DNA from: Anaerolineae bacterium
GTDB taxonomy: Bacteria > Chloroflexota > Anaerolineae > JBHIEC01
Assembly (NCBI GenBank): GCA_046760425.1
Contig: JBHIEC010000001.1
Location: forward strand, 325-64,324
DNA length: 64,000 nucleotides
Reading direction: 5' to 3'
Below the pieces are notes generated by a model. The model saw only the letters and a program-made list of their open reading frames with translations. It searched no databases and was not told where the DNA came from. A program made the translations under genes and the position numbers. The stretch's first letter is position 1. Each line of letters opens with the position of its first letter. Below, piece by piece: positions 57,907 through 64,000 of this stretch.

Positions 57907-60477
57907 TTAGCCTCGGGCACAGCTGAAATGCCCGATCACCGCCTGCCCCAAAGCAATGCCTCCGTCGTTGGGCGGGACGAGGTGGTGGATGTAGACCTTA
58001 AAGCCCGCTCTCCGTAGCAGCTCCAAGGTCCTGGCCAGAAGGTAGACGTTCTGGAACACGCCACCGCTCAGGGCCACGCGGTTCAGGCCCTCCCGCTCCC
58101 GGATCAGACCGCACACCTCTGACACCATGTGAGCCACGGCGTTGTGAAACCTGGCGGCGATGATCGGCCGTTGGACGTTAGCTCGTAGATCAGCCACGAC
58201 GCCACGGATGACTGGAGCAGGATCCACAATCCATGGCCCATCCTGCATCCCTTCGGCAGCCCTTCGACGGAGCTCAGGGCCCCGCCTGTACCCCCATTCG
58301 TAGGCTTCCTCGACCCCCTCAGCGGCGATCATCTCCAGCTCAATGGCTGCCTGGGCCTCGTAGTTGACCATCTGGCGCAGGCCGATGAGGGCCGAGACGG
58401 CGTCGAAGAGGCGGCCCATGCTCGAGGTCAGGGGGGAATTGAGCCCGGCCTCCATCTGGTGCCAGGCCACCTTCTGCTCCAGCGGATCAAGCCCCTCCAT
58501 GGTGGGGAGATCGAGGTCCAAAGAGCCGTAGGCGTGACGGAGGTGGCTCCAGGCCATGCGGTAGGGCCGCCTGATAGCCGCCTCGCCGCCGGGCAGGGGC
58601 ACGTAGGCCAGGTGAGCAGCACGCCGGAAGTCGGTGTAGTCACAGACCAGGAACTCGCCGCCCCAGATACGACCATCTGCCCCGTAGCCAGTGCCATCGA
58701 AGGCCACGCCGATGACCGGCTCCTCCAACCCCTGCTCGGCCATGCAGGCAGCGATGTGGGCGTGGTGGTGCTGGACCGCGATTTGCGATTTGCGATTTGC
58801 GATTTGCGATTTGGCATACTTGGTGGCCAGGTACTCTGGGTGCATGTCATAGGCGATGATTTCCGGCTCGACGCGAAACAACCGTTTGAAATGCTCGATC
58901 ATGGCCTCGTAGGATACAAGGGTCTCGAAGTTCTCCATATTGCCGATGTGCTGGCTCAGGAAGGCGTAGTTCTCCTTGGTCAGGCAAAAGGTGTTCTTCA
59001 GTTCCGCCCCGCAGGCCAGGATCTGGCGCACCTGGAAGGGGAGGCGCACGGGATAGGGGGCGTAGCCCCGCGAGCGGCGGATGGGCAGCTCCTGTCCCTG
59101 GAAAACGCGCACCACCGAGTCGTCGCAGCGAGCGTGGATGTCCCGATCGTGGAGCAGGAAGTAGTCGGCCAGGCAGGCCAGTCGCTCCAGGGCTTCCCGG
59201 TTGTCGGTGGCGATGGGCTCCTCGGAATAGTTGCCGCTGGTCATCACCAGGGCAAGGAGAGACGAGTCCCTCTCGTCACTCATCACTCGTTCCTCGTTAC
59301 TCAACAGCAAGTAATGGAGCGGCGTGTAGGGCAGCATGACCCCCAGATACTTGTTGCCCGGCGCTACCCACTCCGAGATGGGCGAGTCAGGCCGCTCCCG
59401 GAGCAAGACGATGGGGCGCTCCCGCGACTCCAGCAGCCGGCCTTCCTCCTCGTTGACGTAGCAGTACCTCTTCACCGTCTCCAGGTCGTAGGACATGATG
59501 GCGAAAGGTTTGTCCACCCGCCCCTTGCGCTCTCGCAGCCGTCGCACCGCCTCGTCGTTGGTGGCGTCGCAGGCCAGATGGAAACCTCCGAGACCCTTCA
59601 CGGCCACGATAGCCCCCTGGGTCAGGAGCTGCCGCGCCCTCTCGATAGGATCGTCCGCATAGTCCAAAGTCCCAAGTCCAGAGACTTCGGCGAGCCTTCG
59701 GGCTGAGGCCCCTTCGTCAGGCTCGGGGCAAGCTCTCAAGGCTTCGCCGTCGAGGCTCAGCCGAACGGCCGAAGGCTCAGTCGAGCCGCTCACCGTCGAA
59801 GCCTCGGTCGAGCCGTCCGAAGCCAACAGATTTTGACTTTGGACCTTGGACTTTGGGCTTTGAGCCAACCACACCTTCGGGCCGCACTCTGGACAGGCAT
59901 TCGGTTGGGCGTGAAAACGACGGTCGAGAGGATCATCGTACTCAGCCTGGCAGACAGGGCACATGACGAAGGGGCGCATGGTGGTCTTGGGACGATCGTA
60001 GGGGATGTCCTGGATGATAGTGAAGCGGGGGCCGCAGTTGGTGCAGTTGGTGAAGGGGTAACGGTAGCGCCGATCCCGGGGGTCGAACAGTTCCCGCAGG
60101 CAGTCAGGGCAGGTGCAGATGTCAGGCGAGATGGGCTGGAACCTCCCCTCCTGGGCCACGCTGTGGCGGATCTCGAAGTGGTCGTAGCCGTTGGGGGGGT
60201 GATCGGATGACGTGACCTTCTCGATGCGAGCCAGGGGCGGGGCCTCGGCCTGCAGATCGAACAGGAACCGATCCAGGACCTCGCGCCGGCCCTCGACCTC
60301 AATATCCACGCCCGCTGAGGTGTTGCACACCCAGCCCGTCAGCCCGTATCTGTCGGCCAGTTGGTAGACGAAGGGGCGGAAACCCACCCCCTGCACCACG
60401 CCGGTGACGTGGACCTTTCTCAGGATAAGGTCAGCTCTCTCCGCCAAAGGTGTACCCTCGTCTGCTCCAGCAGCCAT
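57907..60477 (-). CDS. hypF: Carbamoyltransferase HypF, with two in-frame repeat insertions
   Basis: Acylphosphatase domain, two CxxC-x18-CxxC zinc fingers, YrdC-like and Kae1-like domains. About 70 inserted residues lie between the second zinc finger and the YrdC domain; SQIANRKSQIA is inserted further on. Confidence 0.9.
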   Translation of the reverse strand: MAAGADEGTPLAERADLILRKVHVTGVVQGVGFRPFVYQLADRYGLTGWVCNTSAGVDIEVEGRREVLDRFLFDLQAEAPPLARIEKVTSSDHPPNGYDHFEIRHSVAQEGRFQPISPDICTCPDCLRELFDPRDRRYRYPFTNCTNCGPRFTIIQDIPYDRPKTTMRPFVMCPVCQAEYDDPLDRRFHAQPNACPECGPKVWLAQSPKSKVQSQNLLASDGSTEASTVSGSTEPSAVRLSLDGEALRACPEPDEGASARRLAEVSGLGTLDYADDPIERARQLLTQGAIVAVKGLGGFHLACDATNDEAVRRLRERKGRVDKPFAIMSYDLETVKRYCYVNEEEGRLLESRERPIVLLRERPDSPISEWVAPGNKYLGVMLPYTPLHYLLLSNEERVMSDERDSSLLALVMTSGNYSEEPIATDNREALERLACLADYFLLHDRDIHARCDDSVVRVFQGQELPIRRSRGYAPYPVRLPFQVRQILACGAELKNTFCLTKENYAFLSQHIGNMENFETLVSYEAMIEHFKRLFRVEPEIIAYDMHPEYLATKYAKSQIANRKSQIAVQHHHAHIAACMAEQGLEEPVIGVAFDGTGYGADGRIWGGEFLVCDYTDFRRAAHLAYVPLPGGEAAIRRPYRMAWSHLRHAYGSLDLDLPTMEGLDPLEQKVAWHQMEAGLNSPLTSSMGRLFDAVSALIGLRQMVNYEAQAAIELEMIAAEGVEEAYEWGYRRGPELRRRAAEGMQDGPWIVDPAPVIRGVVADLRANVQRPIIAARFHNAVAHMVSEVCGLIREREGLNRVALSGGVFQNVYLLARTLELLRRAGFKVYIHHLVPPNDGGIALGQAVIGHFSCARG
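58778..58812. repeat. 7-bp tandem repeat GCGATTT x5, in frame in hypF
   Basis: Five perfect units. Encodes KSQIANRKSQIA on the minus strand. Confidence 0.75.
59661..59866. repeat. Composite in-frame insertion in hypF: GTCCAAAGTCC-type inverted ends enclosing a copy of the 38188-38302 palindromic element
   Basis: AGTCCAAAGTCCCAAGTCCAGAGACTTCGG...GAGCCTTCGGGCTGAGG...GGCCGAAGGCTCA...GATTTTGACTTTGGACCTTGGACTTTGGGCTTTGAGCC. Confidence 0.7.
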
Positions 60478-60482
60478 GGGGC

Positions 60483-60824
60483 CTACTCCACCTCAATGCT
60501 GTCAACGTAGAACTCTTTGCCTGCCACCACCTCGAAGCTGAGCTGGCCGCAGTCAGGGCAGTGCCAGTCCAGGTCCTGGGGGGTGAAAATGCGCCCACAG
60601 TGATGGCAACGCATCTGGGTGGGGATGCGCTGAAAGGAGAGGGTAGCTCCCTGGGCGATAGTGCCTTCGCTCAAGACATCGAAATAGAACTGTACCGAGT
60701 CATCAATGATGCCGGTCATATCGCCGATGACCAGATTGATCTGGGTGACCCGTCTGGCCTTGGCCTTTTCAGCGTGCTCCAGGACTGTGGCCAATACCCC
60801 CTGGGTGACAGCAAACTCATGCAT
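60483..60824 (-). CDS. hypA: Hydrogenase nickel-insertion protein HypA
   Basis: MHEFA N-terminus. CHHCG...CPDCG zinc site. Confidence 0.85.
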   Translation of the reverse strand: MHEFAVTQGVLATVLEHAEKAKARRVTQINLVIGDMTGIIDDSVQFYFDVLSEGTIAQGATLSFQRIPTQMRCHHCGRIFTPQDLDWHCPDCGQLSFEVVAGKEFYVDSIEVE

Positions 60825-60889
60825 AACACTGTCTCGCTGGGACGTGCAGAATTATAATCCCTACTTCGCGAAAAAGCAAGCCGCCTTTT

Positions 60890-61411
60890 TCAGGCTATCT
60901 CTTTCAGGATCAGCTCCACAACCTTTGGAACCAGGGCTGCGAGCTCAGGGGTGAGCTCCAGGCCCCAGCTCACCTCTTTGGGCTCTACGCCGTAGATGAT
61001 GATCTCTCGGGGCCGGCAGCCCAACTGCTCGGCCATCCCCAGCACATCGAGCAGGTCAATCTGATGCACCGAGGTGATGAACTTGCTCTCGGGCGTGATA
61101 TCCTCGGGGGTGAAGCGATAGACGGCCCCTGGCTCGCTGCCGCCCCTGACGGCGTCAATGACGATGAGGCGGTCGTAGTCCGCGATGTAGTTGAGCAGGT
61201 CCAGGGCAGCCGTCCCCCCGTCCAGCAGGTCCACGTGCGGCGGCAAAGACAGCCCTTCCATGGCCTGCACCAGGTGCACGCCGAAGCCTTCGTCCTGGAG
61301 CAGGATATTGCCCACGCCCAGGATCAACGTACGAGGGGCAGAGGATCGTCCCTCTGCCCCTCTCCTGTTTCCCTTGGCCATGCTTCCTCGCCCAGTGGAT
61401 ACCAGGGACAT
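60890..61411 (-). CDS. Hydrogenase maturation endopeptidase (HyaD/HybD/HupD family)
   Basis: LILGVGNILLQDEGFGVH...IDA. Start is ambiguous between 61411 and 61381. Confidence 0.8.
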   Translation of the reverse strand: MSLVSTGRGSMAKGNRRGAEGRSSAPRTLILGVGNILLQDEGFGVHLVQAMEGLSLPPHVDLLDGGTAALDLLNYIADYDRLIVIDAVRGGSEPGAVYRFTPEDITPESKFITSVHQIDLLDVLGMAEQLGCRPREIIIYGVEPKEVSWGLELTPELAALVPKVVELILKEIA

Positions 61412-61437
61412 CCTTGCCTCCCCAGCCTGATGGCTCC

Positions 61438-62040
61438 CTAGGCCTCTTCGGCGGGGGCCTCGTAGCCGGTGATCATGGCCTTGAGGAGCCTGAGGCCCTC
61501 GGAGAAGACGAGATAGAGGTGGAGCATCAGGAAGTAGATGAAGATCCAGTTGACCAGGTAGTGATAGGCGCGCACGTAGGTCAACCCGCCGGCCAGGTTC
61601 ACCACTGCTGCGAAGAGATCGGGCCAGTACAGGGCGAAGCCTAGAACCCCCTGCACCACGGAGATGACGAACATGCCCAGGTAGGTGAACTTCTGGAGAG
61701 GGTTGTACTTAATGACCTGCGGCTTCTCATCCGTTAGGAAGAGATAGTACCTCAGCCAGGGTCCTATGGTCCTGAAGCTCTCGGCCGTTGGGAACTCATC
61801 TCGCCATTCTCCCGACACCAGCCAATGGTAGGTGTGGAAGGCGCCCACAGCGCAAAAGAGGTACATAAAGATGAAGTGGAGGAAGCGGGCCGTGTTCAGG
61901 CTGCCGAAGAGGTTCCAGCTCGGGCTATGAATCTGGAACCCCGTCAGGATCAGGATAGTGACGTTCAACAGGTGGATCCAATGGCCCGCCCGCTCCAGGA
62001 GGGGGTGCTTCAGGTATCCTTCCAGCTTTGCCTCTGCCAC
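61438..62040 (-). CDS. [NiFe] hydrogenase b-type cytochrome membrane subunit (HyaC/HupC-like)
   Basis: 200 aa, four transmembrane helices with conserved histidines (HWIHLLN, HTYHW, HYLVNW). Confidence 0.75.
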   Translation of the reverse strand: MAEAKLEGYLKHPLLERAGHWIHLLNVTILILTGFQIHSPSWNLFGSLNTARFLHFIFMYLFCAVGAFHTYHWLVSGEWRDEFPTAESFRTIGPWLRYYLFLTDEKPQVIKYNPLQKFTYLGMFVISVVQGVLGFALYWPDLFAAVVNLAGGLTYVRAYHYLVNWIFIYFLMLHLYLVFSEGLRLLKAMITGYEAPAEEA

Positions 62041-62052
62041 GTTCCACCTCCC

Positions 62053-63606
62053 CTACACAACCCTGAACTCGCCCAGGCTGCGTCCCTTGGGCGTGACCAG
62101 GTGGACGGCGCAGGCGATGCAGGGGTCAAAAGCGCGGACGATGCGCACGATCTCAAAGGGGTTCTCCACATCCTTGACCGGCGCGCCTGTCAGAGCCTGC
62201 TCCACTGGCCCCGGCTGATCCCTGTCGTCGCGCGGCGAGTTGTTCCAGGTGCCTGGCACCACGCACTGGTAGTTCTTGATCTTGCCCCCCTCGATGTTGA
62301 TGTAGTGCAACAGGGCTCCTCGCGGCGCCTCCCACAGGCCCAGACCCTCGCTCTTGTCGGGCACCGTGTGATCCACATAGACGGGCTCACCCGGCTTGAG
62401 CTGCAGGAGCCAGTCAACCATGGCGTCGGCTACAAACTTGGTCTCCAGGGCCCGCGCCGCGTGGCGACCCAGGGTGGAGAAGAGGACCGTAGGCGGGGCA
62501 TCGAAATAGGCCAGGGTGTCGTTCACCAGCTTCTGAACCGTCGGCTCGCCGGCCGTGTAGGAGACCAGCATGCGGGCCAGGGGCCCCACCTCGTGGACCT
62601 CCCCGTTGTAGCGCGGCGCCTTCATCCAGGAATAGGCCCCCGCCTTGTGAGGATCAGGGTCTGTCTCGCCCTGGCGGGGATTCAGGCCGGAGCCGGACTT
62701 GTACCAACTGTACTTGACGTCCTCGGTGATTTTAGCGGAGTCGAGGGCCTTGTGAGTCAGGGTTTCGTCCGTCGTGCCCTGCTTGTGCAGCCTGGCCCGC
62801 TGCTCCAGGGGCAGCTTGGTGTCCAGGTCGAACAGCCCATAGGACAGATACTTCTTGCAGCCCACGCCGATTTCGAAGTAGTCGGAATAGACACCGGCCA
62901 CAGCCAGGACATCAGGGATGTAGACGTTGTCAATGAAATCCCGCTGCCGGTTGAGCATCCACAGGAAGTTAGCGATCTTGTCCACAGTGGGCACTTCGGT
63001 GACGCCGCCGGGTACGACGGCCATGTTATGAGGCATGTGGCCACCGAAGATGGCCAGCATCTCCTGAGCCTCGCGACGCATGTCCAGAGCTTTAATGTAA
63101 TGGGACACGGCGGCCCGATCAACCTCAGGCGGCAGGCGGTAGTCGCCTTCGAAACGCGGCACGAAGGGCTGCAGCGCCCCACGCTCGATGAATTTGGCCA
63201 CCGAGCGTAGGCCAGGATCAGGGCCGTCGTAGCCGGCTACATGGGTCACATCCACGTAGTCCAGGGCCGCCAGGTGGTAGAAATGGAGGATGTGGGACTG
63301 GATGTAGTTGGCCCCCTGGATCAGGTTGCGGATGATGCGGCCGTTATCGGGAACCTTCTCCGAGACCCCCAGGGCCTCGTCCAAAGCGAGCGCTGAACTC
63401 AGCGCGTGACACGTCGGTCAGACACCTCATATGCGTTGTGTGAGGCGCTGGGCATCCCGGGGGTCACGGCCCCGCAGGAGGATCTCGAAACCACGGAAGA
63501 GCATCCCCGCCGCCCTAGCCTCCTTGACCTCCCCATTCTCCACCACGCACTCGATCTTCAGGTGGCCCTCGATGCGGGTCATGGGATCTATGGTGATCTT
63601 TGCCAT
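62053..63606 (-). CDS. [NiFe] hydrogenase large subunit with two in-frame TGA codons at the N-terminal Ni-ligating cysteines (candidate Sec-Sec hydrogenase)
   Basis: ATG at complement 63604-63606, preceded by AAGGAGG. Translation MAKITIDPMTRIEGHLKIECVVENGEVKEARAAGMLFRGFEILLRGRDPRDAQRLTQRI-TGA-GV-TGA-PTCHALSSALALDEALGV... continues in frame into ORF 62053..63384. The two TGA codons are at 63427-63429 and 63418-63420 (complement). C-terminal motif DPCIACAVH is followed by a 15-aa extension for the maturation protease. Confidence 0.75.
63390..63405 (-). promoter_or_regulatory. Candidate bacterial SECIS hairpin 12 nt downstream of the second in-frame UGA
   Basis: mRNA GCGCUG AGUU CAGCGC: 6-7-bp GC-rich stem with a G/U-containing apical loop, positioned at the spacing expected for SelB-dependent recoding. 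Confidence 0.45.
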
Positions 63607-63663
63607 TGTCCTTGACCTCCTTGGTGTAGCTTATCGCCCTCTGCCAGACAGGGGACGAGCTAT

Positions 63664-64000
63664 CTACTCCTCAGCACCTTTGCCCAGCCGGCCTCGGGCT
63701 GCAGAACCCACCAGGTGCGCCCCAATGCCCACGGCCGTGGCCGCCGCCAGGCCGATGCCGATCCTATCGGCGTTGGTCCTGACCCCGGGCAGGGTGACGC
63801 CCGAAACCCTAGCACGCAAAGGCGAGACACCGTCCACGAAGATGGGCTCGGTGCAGCCGATGCAGCCGTGGCCACAGCCTACGCACCAACTGACCTTGTT
63901 GTTCCAGCGCCGGGCGGGACAATCGGCGTAGGTCACGGGCCCCTTACAGCCCAGCTCGTAGAGACACCCGGGCTCGCCAAACTGCTTGGCGAAACGGCCC
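63664..64000 (-). CDS. [NiFe] hydrogenase small subunit, C-terminal part (gene continues beyond the window end)
   Basis: GRFAKQFGEPGCLYELGCKGPVTYADCPARRWNNKVSWCVGCGHGCIGCTEP (distal cluster motif), then a hydrophobic C-terminal anchor typical of membrane-bound group 1 enzymes. Confidence 0.8.
   Translation of the reverse strand, partial: GRFAKQFGEPGCLYELGCKGPVTYADCPARRWNNKVSWCVGCGHGCIGCTEPIFVDGVSPLRARVSGVTLPGVRTNADRIGIGLAAATAVGIGAHLVGSAARGRLGKGAEE

Noticed and set aside
61825-63210. 461-aa plus-strand ORF antisense to the hydrogenase large subunit and cytochrome b genes
   Set aside because: No motifs. The antisense partner is strongly supported.
62053-63606. Reading the hydrogenase large subunit as a pseudogene, or as a short 443-aa gene starting at 63384
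   Set aside because: The upstream 59 codons are a perfect conserved N-terminus with its own ribosome-binding site. The only disruptions are TGA at exactly the two Cys codons. The TTG-start 443-aa ORF would lack the essential RxCGxC nickel site. Selenocysteine recoding explains all observations; a pseudogene does not explain the positional precision.

Overview
High-GC bacterial chromosome segment. The ribosome-binding sites, gene content and multiheme cytochromes fit a Chloroflexi-like thermophile; this is inference. Almost all genes are on the minus strand. From left to right the window holds: housekeeping genes (larA, mnmE, ileS, aspS, secA, prs, lspA, tatA, rluD-family, meaB plus a B12-binding subunit); three type II toxin-antitoxin pairs and a Fic protein; a cluster of three tungsten-type aldehyde:ferredoxin oxidoreductase (AOR) paralogs interleaved with five small MoaD/ThiS-fold proteins, divergent from a MerR-GAF-GAF-PAS regulator; a respiratory neighbourhood encoding a Rieske/cytochrome b6/subunit IV complex fused to a ~17-heme cytochrome, a heme-c-containing sensor kinase with its NarL-type regulator, a PsrABC-like molybdopterin oxidoreductase and three more multiheme cytochromes; and a hypEDCFA plus membrane-bound [NiFe] hydrogenase operon. 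The most unusual observation is that the hydrogenase large-subunit reading frame carries two in-frame TGA codons exactly at the two N-terminal nickel-ligating cysteines of the RxCGxC motif (read as R-I-U-G-V-U-P-T-C-H). A stable hairpin begins 12 nt after the second TGA. The C-terminal DPCxxCxxH motif keeps cysteines. This is the signature of a selenocysteine-containing hydrogenase with selenium at the N-terminal site, which I have not seen described. Second, several families of short palindromic or terminal-inverted-repeat elements, plus 7-bp tandem repeats, are inserted in frame into essential genes (ileS, hypE, hypF, larA, a ferredoxin, the meaB 3' end). This resembles Rickettsia palindromic elements. 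Two structured intergenic repeat families occur in three copies each. Three of the MoaD-like proteins carry residues beyond the normally terminal Gly-Gly; one extension overlaps a convergent gene by about 285 bp. No transposases, CRISPR arrays, rRNA genes or convincing tRNA genes were seen.
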